Shown here piece after piece: positions 1-13,322 of a stretch of DNA of 64,000 bases. The notes beneath the pieces were generated by a model that saw only the letters and a list, made by a program, of their open reading frames with translations, made no database searches and was not told the DNA's origin. Source of the stretch: Octopus vulgaris (Eukaryota); NCBI GenBank assembly GCA_951406725.2, contig OX597824.1:87482001-87546000 (forward strand), in the 5' to 3' direction. Both the position numbers and the translations under genes were made by a program. The first letter of the stretch is position 1. Every line of letters starts with the position of its first letter.

Positions 1-18
1 TGTGTGTGTGTGTGTGTG

Positions 19-54
19 TGTCCGACGAACGGGAACGTGAAACTCAGAGTAACA
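19..54 (+). ncRNA. Degenerate minimal type-I hammerhead ribozyme motif in a Penelope-like repeat end
   Basis: tgt-CCGACGA-acg(ggaa)cgt-GAAA-ctc(a)gag-TA-aca; the core has U4>C. The downstream sequence 82-162 recurs at about 35827-35910. Confidence 0.55.
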
Positions 55-172
55 GGTTTTGTTGAATTTCTGCTGTTTTTAAATAAAGCATATTACTCTA
101 CCACTGGTATTTGAGTACTCTTTTTTCCACCTTGTTTCACATTTATGTGTTTACTCCGGTATATATATATAT

Positions 173-246
<74 letters not shown>

Positions 247-504
247 GTAAGCACCAGTCTTAAAAGATAAATACTGAACCCTTTAAATTGATTCTCAAAC
301 ATAGCCACAGTCCAGTGACTGAAACAAATAAAAAGCAATTAAAACAATAAAGAGAATTTGAATAAAAAAAAAGAAAATCAATAAAAAGAGTTAACATTGT
401 AATCCCTTTATGATATTTCTAAAATAACATCTTGATTTGGATCCCTAATTTCTAACTTGTCAAAGGATTCCGGATCCCTGATTGGAAATGACACACCTCC
501 TAAA

Positions 505-850
<346 letters not shown>

Positions 851-1491
851 CCAAACAAGGACATCGTAATTGTGGTTTGAATTATGATGACTAAATCACA
901 AGGCAAGTACAGCATCACTCACCACCACCACTCACCACCACCACTCACCACCACCCCAATTTTTGAAAGATCAAAGATACCAGCAGCAGATGGAATGTTA
1001 AAAATGTAGCTTTTCCTGAAAAATTAGAAGAGAAAAGAGAGACAAAAAAAAACAGGTTTAAAACAATTTGTATGTTTTTCCATATATGAATATTATTTTT
1101 GTTTCGTTCATTCCGTCTTTTGAATCTTCCAGAGATAGATTTCCAGCGTATAATTCCGAATCGCTTGTTATCTTGAAGGTATTTGCTAGGACAAATCTAC
1201 ATTCCTCTTTCATGCCTCACAACTGTGTAATACTTTATTTATTAGCGTCCAACTAGAAGTTGTTAATACAAAGTTTTATAGGATCTTGAGATAAGGCTTG
1301 CCTGCCGTTCACCGTTATTCAGAAATAAGGAGACTTGTGCATGTGTGTTTGTGTGTTTGTGTGTGTGCATGTGTCTGTGTGCAGGCATGTGTGTGAGAAA
1401 GAGAGAGAGAGAGACAGAGAGAGAGAGATAGAGAGAGGCAGACAAAGAAACATAGAGACAGACAGATATATAGACAGACAGAATATGCTTA

Positions 1492-1714
1492 TATGATTAG
1501 GTGCTGAGAAGTTCTTGGTTTTAAGGGCATCATGAAAGGCCTGGTTGGTAGCCCAACCTTCTGAGTTCTTTAACAGGGCTTAGAAAAATTGAAGGACCAC
1601 TGCAATAAATGTGTGAATCTGAGAGGGGAATATGTTGGATAAAATCATAATTAATTGATCCTCTTGTGTTTTCTCTTACCCAAAGCCAGGACCTTTTCAG
1701 CACTCCCTCATGTA
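1492..1714 (+). mobile_element. Mariner-derived MITE
   Basis: TIRs gtgctgagaagttcttgg / ccaggaccttttcagcac with TA flanks; internal remnant QGLEKLKDHCNKCVNLRGEYV resembles a mariner transposase C-terminus. Confidence 0.75.
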
Positions 1715-1764
1715 TGTATGTATGTATGTATGTATGTATGTATGTATGTATGTATGTATGTATG

Positions 1765-1818
<54 letters not shown>

Positions 1819-1821
<3 letters not shown>

Positions 1822-2325
1822 TGGTGGACTGGGTCTAAAAATATAGGTTGCCAGGAGACTAAGGGGGCCCACCTGCAACTACAATGCTATCATTTAATTT
1901 TTTTTTTTTTTTTGTTAAAAGTATTCTTTTTTCAACTGTCTACAACAGTGGTTTTCAACCAGGTTCCGTGGAACCTTAGGGTTCCGCCAGTACAGTCCAG
2001 GGGTTCCTCAAGAAGTTACAAAACTGCTAAAATTGGCAGTAATTTTTAATTCTCCTGTGCAGATATGTGTGCATAAGACTATTAAATCACAGGGGTTCCT
2101 CGAGCAAGTGGAATGTTTCCTTGGGGTTCAGCTCCAGCAAAAAGTTTGAAAAGCACTGGTCTACAAACACAGCCAGGCTGAAATAATGCATTCTTCCAGG
2201 AGTGAATAAAAAACTTGAGGGGATGGGCCCCTTAAATACTAAAATGGGCCCCCATATATGGATTCTAATGCCACAGGAAACCACTTGCCATCGGACAAGC
2301 TGGCCAACTGGCCAGTTTGCCACTG
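1819..2325. mobile_element. hAT-like MITE in a (TA)n tract
   Basis: TIRs CAGTGGTGGACTGG / CCAGTTTGCCACTG. Confidence 0.65.
1946..2158. mobile_element. hAT (Charlie-type) MITE nested in the previous element
   Basis: TIRs CAGTGGTTTTCAA / TTGAAAAGCACTG; perfect 8-bp TSD GTCTACAA (1938-1945, 2159-2166). Confidence 0.85.
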
Positions 2326-2383
2326 TATATATATATAACAACTGCAGCGTGAAAGGTGTTTATGAGCCATTTAAGAAACACAG

Positions 2384-2425
<42 letters not shown>

Positions 2426-2593
2426 TGTGTGTGTAGTGTATACATGTGTGTTTCTTAAATGGCTTATAAACACCTTCCACGCTGCAATTGTTTTCATTCC
2501 AGCACATGATCTCAGTATATGTGTATATATCATCATCATCACTTAACGTCCATTTTCCATGCTAGAATGGGTTGGATGGTTCAACTGGGGTCT

Positions 2594-2637
<44 letters not shown>

Positions 2638-2639
2638 AA

Positions 2640-3100
2640 ACAATTGTATATAGTTATCCTCTTTCTCTTTGATTTTCAAAGAGCTATTCACATCAGCAAG
2701 AAATCTGACCTCTATGACCGTACATACTTTTCCTTGTCTGTCCCTAATAACAATGTCTGGCCTGTTGTGTTTACACTTGACAGAAGTTTTGATGGGAATG
2801 TCACACTTAAGTTGATGTTTATGTATGTATACAGTAACAAGTAACATGTACACAGTACATATATACAGTAACAGGTTCACTATATTTACCCGAGGACAGT
2901 CTTTTTTTTAGATCATATTGTATATTATTTTCGTGACAACATTATGCCGCAGAGGAAAGTAGTATCTTGATAACATATTCGGGTAGCTGCTAATCACGTG
3001 TGATGTCTTCTACAGAAAGGTGACATAATCTACATTTTCTGTTACATCTTGGAACTCCAAAGGTTCCACTGTCTCTTTTGTATATTGGGTATTTTTGTAG
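2640..3100 (-). mobile_element. Decayed non-LTR retrotransposon fragment (R4/Dong/NeSL-type): zinc knuckle + restriction-like endonuclease
   Basis: CRLCHLSVEDIT(H) knuckle, an RH motif, then HNRPDIVIRD...VIEV...KIKEKEDNY; disrupted frames. Confidence 0.8.
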
Positions 3101-3388
3101 CAATCTCTTATTCTTGGATTGTAAATGCATAGCTTTTGAAGTGTGATGTGATGTAACAGTCACAAATCTAAGACAGGCTACATTTGTCAATATTACTGTC
3201 ATCTTCAAGTCTTTGAAAAATATAGCCACGCACAACCTTTTTTACAGGAGGTGGGGGGTTAAGCTGAGTGTTTCATATCTATGTCTTCATTATGTGTATA
3301 TATGTATATACATATATATGTGTGTGTGTGTATGTATATATATATATATTTATATATATATATATGTATATATATGTATGTATGTATG

Positions 3389-3479
<91 letters not shown>

Positions 3480-4254
3480 GTATGTATGTATGTATATATG
3501 TATACATGCAGATTTGTATGCTTTGTTTGATGTATGTATTTTCATGCATATAGTTACATATCTAGACATGCTCGTACATACTTAAACTAGCTGGCCCCAT
3601 GCCATCAAAAATGACAGCTAAGTTTAGTATTTTATGTAATAGATATGGATGGTAAATCAAATTAATACACTTGTCAATATTATCTGGTGGTTGTCTTTTG
3701 AGATGTGACATCGATCATCGTTTGTTTACTGGTTCACACAAAGAAACAATCACACACACATACGCGTGCACACATACACACACATACTCACACAGAGTTG
3801 AAACACTGTTAGATTTTTCTTTTCAGCATTGAATGTTCACCATCTCACTCCCATTGCGCGTGTGCGTACACACACATGCACACACACACACACAAACACA
3901 CACACACATATTCACATACCTCCCTTTTACATACACACACACATACTCACACAAAGTTGGAATGCTCCCACTACCAGTTTGCCATCACCTCTTCCTTTCT
4001 CATTCATATGGTGTGACAGAGAAAAACACGAGTATTATCGTGGTAGATGATAAACTTCTGGAAAGTTTTAGATTTTTAAAGTTCCGGTGGTGGTTTGACT
4101 CTGTAGTCTTCAAATCAGCTTTCTCCTTTCTGGTTTTGAGAAACCTAATTTCTCAAGATTAGTATTTAGACAGCGTATTACATATACCAGTACCCCAATA
4201 ATTACAGGTATAAACCTGAACTTGTAATCTGACATGTATGTATGTATGTCATTT

Positions 4255-4745
4255 TCATCATCATCATCGTTTAATGTCTGCTTTCCATGCTGGCATGGGT
4301 TGGACAGTTTGACTGAGGACTGGCAAACAAGAAGGCTGCACCAGTCTCCAATGTATCTGATCTGGCAAAATTTCTACAGCTAGATGCCCTTCTTAACACC
4401 AACCACTCCAAGAGTGTAGAGGCTTCTGTTACGTGCCACCGGCACGAATGCCAGTCAGGCAGTACTGGCATCGGCCATGCTCAAATGGTGCATATTACGT
4501 GCCACCTGCACAGGAGCCAGTCCACACGGCACTGGCAACGACCATGCTTGAATGGTGTTTTTTTACATGCCACTGGTGCGGGAGCAAGTCAGTGACCCTG
4601 GCAACGATCACACTCAAATGGTGCTTTTAACGTTCCACAGGCATGGGTGCCAATCAGGCAGTACTGTCATCGGCCATGACAGCGATTTCACTTGCCTCAA
4701 CAGGTCTTTGCAAGCATAGTTTATTGTCCAATTATTGAAGGGTAC
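4255..4745 (-). mobile_element. (GAT)n-tailed SINE-like repeat with internal subrepeats
   Basis: Shared core ttaggaagggcatccagctgtagaaa...aacccatgccagcatggaaa...gttaaacgatgatg. Other copies near 11620-11900, 14733-15330, 42170-42558, 43860-44155, 44535-44755, 45110-45585, 51760-52080. Confidence 0.75.
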
Positions 4746-5059
4746 TAGGTATGGTTTTCCTTTGAGTTTAATTTAAGTTCTTGAGAGAGTTGAAGCCAGT
4801 CCCCTAACAAAACAACAGCTCTTTTTGAGTTAAGAAATTTCCCAGTGTTTTTAAATATGTAGTTCAGTTGGTGTGTCAGTTGAGCTCTCAGTGTATACAC
4901 CGAAGTGTGTGCATCTGTTCATCCAAAGAATCTCAGACAAAGAATCATTGGACTGTTTTACAAATCTTCACTGTGCCACTAATATATCAGATTCATAGAA
5001 TCCATGTCAGTTCCTTTTGCTCTTCAAAAAAACCTAGTATTTCTAGGTTTTTGTATAAA

Positions 5060-5455
5060 CTAGCAGTATTGCTTGGCGTTGCTCAGGTTTGTGTTGACCC
5101 TTTAGAATTGGAATTTTTGAAAAGTAAAAATTTTGCATTATGTAGCTTGTTATTCTCTTTGAGTGAACATTTTTCTGGTTGAAATACACTGAAAAATGGC
5201 GACACAGCAGTCAAAAGATCGTAAAAAATAGGTATTTCCATAGAAAAAAAGCACCTTTTTGATGTAAATAATTTTTGGTGTTAACATGGTCCGATTTGAA
5301 TTCTATCTTCTACAGAAGGAAGAGCAAGCCTTCTTCTATCATACTCACAATTTTGGTCAACTTGCGCTGCAGGGTCTCGGAGGAGATAGTGTTGGTTGAA
5401 GGCTACCAAACCTGCCATACACACAGACAACTTCAACCTTTTATATATATAGAGA
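5060..5455 (-). mobile_element. Non-autonomous Helitron
   Basis: On the minus strand A|TC start and ...gagcaacgcc...CTAG|T end with a subterminal hairpin; homologous to 38930-39253. Confidence 0.8.
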
Positions 5456-6087
5456 TTTGTTGGTACATAATCTAATGCTTGAGTGTATATGTATGTGATT
5501 GTACGTGTGAGTATGATTGTATGAGTATATCACCACCCAATCTGTAGTATTTCTGAAAGTGTATTATATGAGAAAGAGCATGTTTAGTTACATCCTTTGC
5601 ATAAATTAGTCCAACAACAATGGATCTTTTGAAGTTGACATTTCAGGAGATTGACATATTGACATATTTCCTTATTTCTGCATTGACAATACGGATATAT
5701 TATCAGATATAATCAGCAAAACCTCTTCATTACATGAGAAATTATACAGATTAGCATGCACACACATACACACACATGCATGCACATACGCACGCGCACA
5801 CACACACATCATAGTCTCTCTCTCTTTTTTCTCTTTTACTTGTTTCAGACATTTGACTGTGGCCATGCAGGATCACCGCCTTTAGTTGAGCAAATCAACC
5901 CCAGGACTTATTCTTTGTAAACCTAGTACTTATTCTATCGGTATCTTTTGCCAAACCACTAAGTTACAGGGACATAAACACACCAGCATCTGTTGTCAAG
6001 CGATGTTGGGGGGACAAACACAGACACACACACGTATACTTTTTATACATATATACAATGAGAACCCAGGTCTGAAATTTCCCCAAC

Positions 6088-6131
6088 ACACCTGAAGAAG
6101 GCTGGAGAGTATATCAACCGAAACGTTGTGT
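6088..6131 (+). ncRNA. Minimal type-I hammerhead ribozyme motif
   Basis: acac-CTGAAGA-a-ggctg...caacc-GAAA-cg-TT-gtgt; stem I acac/gtgt, palindromic AACGTT stem III. Confidence 0.6.
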
Positions 6132-6246
6132 TAACAACAAACAAGACGAGGACAAATATTTGTCAAATGTAAATAATGTAAATAATGTAAATAATTCCTC
6201 GTCTCTTAAAAATAGAACTGTATAATCTTAATTCAGTTTTCATCAC

Positions 6247-6288
6247 AACTGTCTGACGAACAAGAACACGAAACTCTGAGTAACAGTT
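6247..6288 (+). ncRNA. Type-I hammerhead ribozyme motif
   Basis: aactgt-CTGACGA-acaagaacac-GAAA-ctc(t)gag-TA-acagtt; perfect 6-bp stem I, intact core, decayed stem II. Confidence 0.6.
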
Positions 6289-6536
6289 CTTTGATAGTTT
6301 TGCAACTTTAATACAATGTATATATATCACAGAAACAACAAAATATCACATGGTACTCAGTTATTTCTCCTCACCTGCATCAGAACTGAAAACCTTAGCT
6401 CGGGTTTAACGTTGCTTTTCATTCTTCCAAGGCCCTGATAAAATAAATACAAGTTGGGGACTGTTATTCATCAGATTCCTTATATCCCTTCTTCTCTACA
6501 CAAAATCTGCCGCATCCTTTGCACCAGAGACAGACA

Positions 6537-7039
6537 TCTTTATATATAAAAGTAAGGTTGTGTGTCTGTCTCCTACGATTTAGATTCCTAACTACTCCCA
6601 CATTTTGTGGTGCATTTTAACTAAAACCGGGTATCTTATAGTCGTGATTCATCTCGAGCCCTTCTGGGTATTAGCGTGCGTCTATGATGAGTCTACGATT
6701 TAAAAAAAAATTTACCATCATTTTTTTTCCATTTTAATGAATTTTTTTCGCTATTATATAAGGGAAGTAACTCTCTAAAAATGTCTACGATGAGTCAACA
6801 ATTTAAAAAAAAATTTACCATCATTTTTTTCCATTTTAATGAATTTTTTTCGCTATTATATAAGGGAAGTAACTCTCTAAAAATGTCTATGATGAGTCAA
6901 CGATTTTTAAGAAAATTTACCATAATTTTTTTTTCCATTTTTAATGCATTTTTTTGCTATTTTTTGGCTATAACTCTCTAAAAATGCTTATATAGTTATT
7001 TCCCTTACAAACCCGAGCAACGCCAGGCGATACTGCTAG
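6537..7039 (+). mobile_element. Non-autonomous Helitron with about 3 internal ~102-bp tandem repeats
   Basis: A|TCTTTATATAT...cccgagcaacgccaggcgatactgCTAG|T; repeat units start near 6680, 6783 and 6885. Confidence 0.82.
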
Positions 7040-7481
7040 TTTATGATAGCACTTTGTCTCTTTTATTTCAACCTTGTGTTATCTCCTCGTTGCAAACCCA
7101 GCACTTCCTTTCAGTTATGGCCTAATTACACCATCCCAAACACTCACGTCCACCCCCGCAACTACTTCACGGCGTTTCAATAGCTTCGATGTTATCTTCC
7201 ATTTGCATTAATTACATTAATGTCCATTTGTGCGGCGGTGTGGCATGGTGTGGTGTGGTGTGGTGTGTGTGGAGGGTGATGCAAACCGAAAGCCTTATCA
7301 AATTGAATCTTCGTATTGATGGGAAAAAGATGGATATCAAACGAAACCTGAAATGGTTACTAAAAGCCATCATCGTGACCGATGAGAGAATGACAGCAAC
7401 CATCACTTGGACTCTCGTCACCAGTTATTCTAACAGTAATAATCAGTGTCGTCAATTAGAGATGTGTGTGTGTGTGGGTGT

Positions 7482-7485
<4 letters not shown>

Positions 7486-7524
<39 letters not shown>

Positions 7525-7537
7525 GTATATGTATATA

Positions 7538-7584
<47 letters not shown>

Positions 7585-7695
7585 AATATATATGTATAAT
7601 ATATATATGTATAATATATATGTATGTATACATGCATGTATATATGTTGTATGTGTATATATAAAACATATATATATATATATATGTGTATATAT

Positions 7696-7786
<91 letters not shown>

Positions 7787-7823
7787 TATGTACATATATA
7801 TGCATATATACATATATATGCAT

Positions 7824-7857
<34 letters not shown>

Positions 7858-8138
7858 GCATATATACATATATATATATGTGTGTTTTATATATATACAC
7901 ATACAACATACATACATGCATACATACTTATATATTATACATATGAGTATGTGTATTATATATACATATATATATATAACATATATATCATATAAATATA
8001 AATATATAAACTTAGATAAACTTTGATATATATAATTAATATATATATATATAAGCATATATATATATGTACACACATATAAATATATATATATACACAC
8101 ATGCGCATGCACATACACACACATACACACATATATAT
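7486..8138. repeat. Long degenerate (TA)n/(TG)n/(CA)n tract
   Basis: Seen directly; similar tracts at 3295-3510, 14525-14672, 15338-15425 and 16790-17510. Confidence 0.95.
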
Positions 8139-8339
8139 CTCCATCTAAGCACAGGTGAAACCTTCATCGTCGTCATCGTCATCGTCATCACAAAGGTCAG
8201 AGATGACATAATCGAGACAAACATAAAAGCTGGCAAAGCTATCTAAACTTTCTGTAAGTCACTTACAAGAAGTTAGTTCTGACCACGTAGTACATTTAAT
8301 ACGTAACTCTTTTCTATAACATTACCATGAAGCCCGAGA

Positions 8340-8800
8340 TATTTCACTTCACTACCGAGTGCAGCTCTGTGTGCCTTGGGTATGTGCTGTGATTTGTTGT
8401 GATGCTCTGATGGTTACTGTATTGAAAGTGTTCTGCGTAGGATGTGTGCAGTGCCTAGTAGTGCAATTTTCTGTATGTTATATATATTTGTAAGTCCTGA
8501 TGTTTTTGTTATGTATTTATCTGAATATTTTTTTTATCATACCTAATGCACCTACTATGATAGGAATTGTTTCTGTTCTTAGATTCCACATTCTAGTTAC
8601 CTCTATTTCCAGGTCTTTGTATTTTGAAAGTTTCTCCATTTCTTTTAGAGACACGTTGTCATCTGCCGGTATTGATACATCAATTAGAAAGCATTTTTTT
8701 TCTTCATGATCTCTGACAACTATATCTGGTCTGTTGGCCTTAATTTCTCTATCTGTGTGTATTGGCATATCCCAGAGTATGGTTGCTTTCTCGTTTTCTC
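8340..8800 (-). mobile_element. R4/Dong-clade LINE 3' end (restriction-like endonuclease)
   Basis: ORF 8517..8768: IHTDREIKANRPDIVV...LIDVSIP...EKLSKYKDL...PIIVGALG, continuing ...QKIALLGTAHILRRTLSIQ*; abuts a (TAA)n tract. Confidence 0.88.
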
Positions 8801-8802
8801 AT

Positions 8803-8826
8803 TTATTATTATTATCATCATCATCA

Positions 8827-8893
<67 letters not shown>

Positions 8894-8976
8894 TATTATC
8901 ATTATTATTATTATTACTATTATCATTATCATTATTATTATTATTACTGTTATTATTATTATTATTATCATCATCA

Positions 8977-9007
<31 letters not shown>

Positions 9008-9015
9008 CATCATCA

Positions 9016-9050
<35 letters not shown>
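8803..9050. repeat. (ATT/ATC)n microsatellite
   Basis: Seen directly. Confidence 0.95.
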
Positions 9051-9051
<1 letters not shown>

Positions 9052-10424
9052 TAAACTGTTGCATTCATATCAATTGGAATATTGCCATATAGTAAGATTA
9101 TTGAACAGTTCTGTATATATACAAAAAGTCTATTATTTTTATGTTTATAACATATTTATTATGTTTGAAAAATACTTTAATCTCACATAACTGCAAAATA
9201 AAATCCATTTACCAGCGAACATCGGCTTTACACTACTATCTTCTGTTAGTCATGTGAAGTATATGAAGAGCAACTAAACTTTCCTGAAACTGATGACTAT
9301 ATTTCTGGTCACGTAACTGGTTGTGAAAATAAATATTTGTCGGTTATTATTATTCTACAGCGAGAATAAATATGTTTTAAGCATACAAATTTACTATAAA
9401 ATGTTAAGTCTGTTTTCATATACTGGAATGTTTGCTGTTGTATTGTATATCAACGGCTGTTTGTTATTTTGGTTATTTGATTAACATTGATTTTTTCATT
9501 GTTGCCTGTATTTGCCGATCCTCTGCAACTTCAGCAGTTTTCCCTGTGTTTTGAGGGGGTTTTTTTGTTTTTTTTTTGTATTTTATGTACAATAACAATA
9601 GATTAAATTGAATTGGAAATCTCTGACCTATGGTTTCACATGAAACACTTTTGCCAACAGAAATGTTTCCAGGTCACAAAAGCTCATATGGGGTTACATG
9701 CTTTGGTGGAGTTTTGAAAGATGTTTATACAAATAACTCCGCAAACATCCAGACGTACACACCTAAGACTACCCCCAAAATCACTACTGCAAACCCAATG
9801 AACCAATGAAAGAGAGCCTCTGTGTGGTCTCTTGGTTTGTTAGAAATGGCAACTAAATCTCAATAAGATTACACCCTGCTGCTTTAAAAAAAGAAGGAAT
9901 ACATTGGATAATGCTGATCAGGTTACCTTTTTCTTTTATCTTTTACTTGTTTCAGCCATTGGACTGCAGCTGGCCATTCTGGAGCACCACTTTGGAGGGG
10001 TTAGTTGAACAGATCAATCCAGTACTTGTTTTGTTTGTTTGTTTGTTTTAAGTCTGGTATTAATTCTATTGCATCTCTTTTGCTCAACCGCTGAGTTTCG
10101 GGGACATAAACAAACCAACACCAGTTGTCAAGTGGTGGAGAACAATTACAAAAACAAAGATACACACACATACACACACAATCTACCAGATTCACTCACA
10201 TGACATAGGTCAGCTCAGGGCTAAAGTAGAAGACATTTACCTGAGATGCCATGAAGAGATCCTATAAAACTCATCAATTTAGTTAAAAATGGAGAAGAGA
10301 AGATGTTAAAATATTTAAGAGAATTTTAAAATTCTCTTATATTTTAACAACTTCTCCATTTTTAACTAAATTGATGAGGTTTATGGGATCGCTTTCTATA
10401 AATTCACCACACATCATATACAAG

Positions 10425-10484
<60 letters not shown>

Positions 10485-10485
<1 letters not shown>

Positions 10486-10978
10486 TAGCATTATTGCCCG
10501 GCTTTGCAAAATGGTCACATTTAATTCAAAGCGTTAAAAATGTTATGAAAACAATTGGTATGTGTTCACAAAGTCCAAACGATTAATACGAAAAAAACCC
10601 TCCAGGCTACATCCCGAAAATTCATTTCTTTGCCAAATTTCTACAATGTTTACAGCGATTTGTTTTTATATCTTGATTTTTTATTTTTCATGCAATTTAC
10701 GCATGATTGCACGCGTGGTGAACACAGTTCACGTCAAACTGCTGACTGAGTAAAGTTCACTATTCAATGCATGGGATAAGGCCTAAACAAACATATTATC
10801 AATTTTTGCACTTGCAAGATGAATTTCAGAACAGAAATAGTGCAGTTCAATTTTCATTCGCTTAAACTTTAAGTGACCCATTTTTGGTGGTTCTACGATT
10901 TGTTGGCTAGGAGGAGATGTGCCGGGAAGTTAAACACACAGACACAGATACAGATACACACACAGACACACAAGTTGA

Positions 10979-11014
<36 letters not shown>
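10485..11014 (-). mobile_element. Non-autonomous Helitron (second family)
   Basis: Minus strand begins tctctatata...aaaactcaacttgtgtgtctg and ends gccgggcaataatgCTAG|T. Confidence 0.65.
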
Positions 11015-11036
<22 letters not shown>

Positions 11037-11327
11037 TGCCTATCTGTCTATCTATCTATTAATAATAAAAACAACAGGTCAAAAATTGATGGTTTTATTA
11101 CTATTTATAAGAAAACATTTTCTTCATAATTCAAATGTCTCCCATTGGTGACAGTTTGACTAGCATGGTATTGATTGAACTTTAAGCCCCATATAAACAT
11201 CCATAGCCATAAGTCATTTATCAACCTTATTTTCTGGCTTATCATCGAGGTCAAAGATTTTTCTAATCAGATCACTCTAATACTCTCTCCTCTCAAAACT
11301 CAGGTATGGGGAGAGACAATACCAAAT

Positions 11328-11558
11328 TTAACCCATTAGCACTTAGATTACACTCTTAAGTATGATTCTTGTTTATTCCCACTTTTAAAATTAATCAAGT
11401 ATTATCTCGTAGCTTTGAGACTTTGAAGATGTTACTGTTTATTTTTAGAATAGCATTACAGGATAGGTGTGAAAGGCCAGATCTAGTTGGTTGGAACATA
11501 CAACAGGTAGAATATTTGGGTGGGGTGGATATGGCCAGTTTGAATGCTAAATGGTTAA
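11328..11558. mobile_element. piggyBac-type MITE (TTAA TSD)
   Basis: TTAA-CCCATTAGCA...TGCTAAATGG-TTAA; relatives at 32441-32680, about 44222-44438 and 63191-63420. Confidence 0.7.
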
Positions 11559-12686
11559 GCATAAGTTAAAGAAGCCACACAACTCACAAGGTACTCAAAA
11601 TTATTAAAGATGGGTCTCACAGAGGCAAGGGCAAGTTATCAAAACCTTTGGCGATTTGCTCTGCCCGAGAAGACTCATCAAGCCAAGTGAAATTGTAGTC
11701 TTGGCCGGTGCCAGTGGCATGTAAAAGGCACACACTACGCTCTTGGAGTGGTTGGTTGGCTTTAGGAAGAGCACCCAGGCATAGAAATCAAGCCAAATCA
11801 AACTGGAACTTGGTACAGGTCTCTGGCTTACTAGTTCCAGTCAAGCCATCTCACCCATGCCAGCATGGAGAGTGGACGTTAAACGATGATGATGATAATG
11901 AATTTATACTCTTTTACTCTTTTACTTGTTTGGGTCATGTGACTGTGGCCATGCTGGAGCACCACCTTTAGTCGAGCAAATCAGCCCCAGGACTTATTCT
12001 TTGTAAGCCTAGTACTTATTCTATCGGTCTCTTTTGCCGAACTGCTAAGTTACAGAGACGTAAACACACCAGCATCGGTTGCCAAGCGATGTTGGGGGGG
12101 AATAAACACAGCCACATACACACATACATATATAAATATTAATAAATAAAATATTAATAAATAAAATATATATGCATATATATAAACATATATGTACGTA
12201 CCTACCTCTACATGTACATATACACGCATGTATGAGTACAGGACACCAAAGGGACGTCGAACACAAAGAGAAACGAAAACATAGACACAAACCAAAGGAA
12301 CTGGACATTTTTTTAAACAACAAAAAAATAGAGTACAGGGCAATTAACACAAAGAAAAAACCCCTTCTTCAGTCGCTATGGTTTCATCTACTCTACGTTT
12401 CGAAGGTGAAAGCGAGACGTATCTTCGACAAGAAACTTTCCTTCCTGCGAAAAGCAAATCAATTAAAATTCTGAGATCTTTTCGCAGAGGGGTAAAAAAT
12501 GGTAACAAAAACAGGACAGTAACGACAGTACAAATTATAAACAGTAAAAGACAGGACAAGGAAAAACAAGATAAGAAGGGCTGTTAATGCCGAACGAATG
12601 GGCTTCTTTCAGTTTCCGCCTACCAAATCCACTCACAAGGCTTTGGTCAGCCCAAAGCTATAATAGAAGACACTTGCCCAAGGTGC

Positions 12687-12982
12687 TGTCATCAATCAAG
12701 AAATTCTGGAAAGGAAATGGGGCTGGATCAATCACAGTATCAGGAGACCTCCAATTAGCATTGCAAGACAAGTGTTAGACTGGCAACTTGAAGGAAAGAA
12801 GTTGGATGACCTAAGGAGACTTGGGAAGGATGTGTGGAGGATGAGGCAAAAGTAATCAGTCTCTCTTGGTCTGAAATCAAAGAGGCAGCCCAAGATCAAG
12901 CCCAATGACATGAAATTGTCATGGCTCTATGCTCGTTACAGAATAATGTGGGCTAACTAACTAACTAACTAACTAACTAATT
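12687..12982 (+). mobile_element. RTE-clade LINE 3' fragment
   Basis: Translates (with lesions) to EILERKWGWINHSIRRPPISIARQVLDW..EGK...PKETW...VEDEAKVISLSWSEIKEAAQD...ALCS; (TAAC)n tail. Confidence 0.8.
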
Positions 12983-13076
12983 AATTGATGTAAACATGGC
13001 TTTTAAAAGTGCCACCAACAACAACTTATGCTGTGTGATAGATTTAGCAGTGAAGCATTTAAAATGTTAGGCATTC

Positions 13077-13263
13077 GTAGGAGTGGCTGCATAGTAAGTA
13101 GCCTGCTTGCGAACCACATGGTTCTGGGTTCAGTCCCACTGCATGGCACCTTGGGCAAGTGTCTTCTTCTATAGCCTCAGGCCAACCAAAGCCTTGTGAG
13201 TAGATTTGGTAGAAGGAAACTGAAAGAAGCCTGTTGTATATATGTATATATATATATCTGTGT

Positions 13264-13322
<59 letters not shown>

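Noticed and set aside
7189-8236. Many YI/VC/HT-repeat ORFs (also 3200-3590 and 16700-17530)
   Set aside because: Translations of (TA)n, (TG)n and (CA)n tracts.
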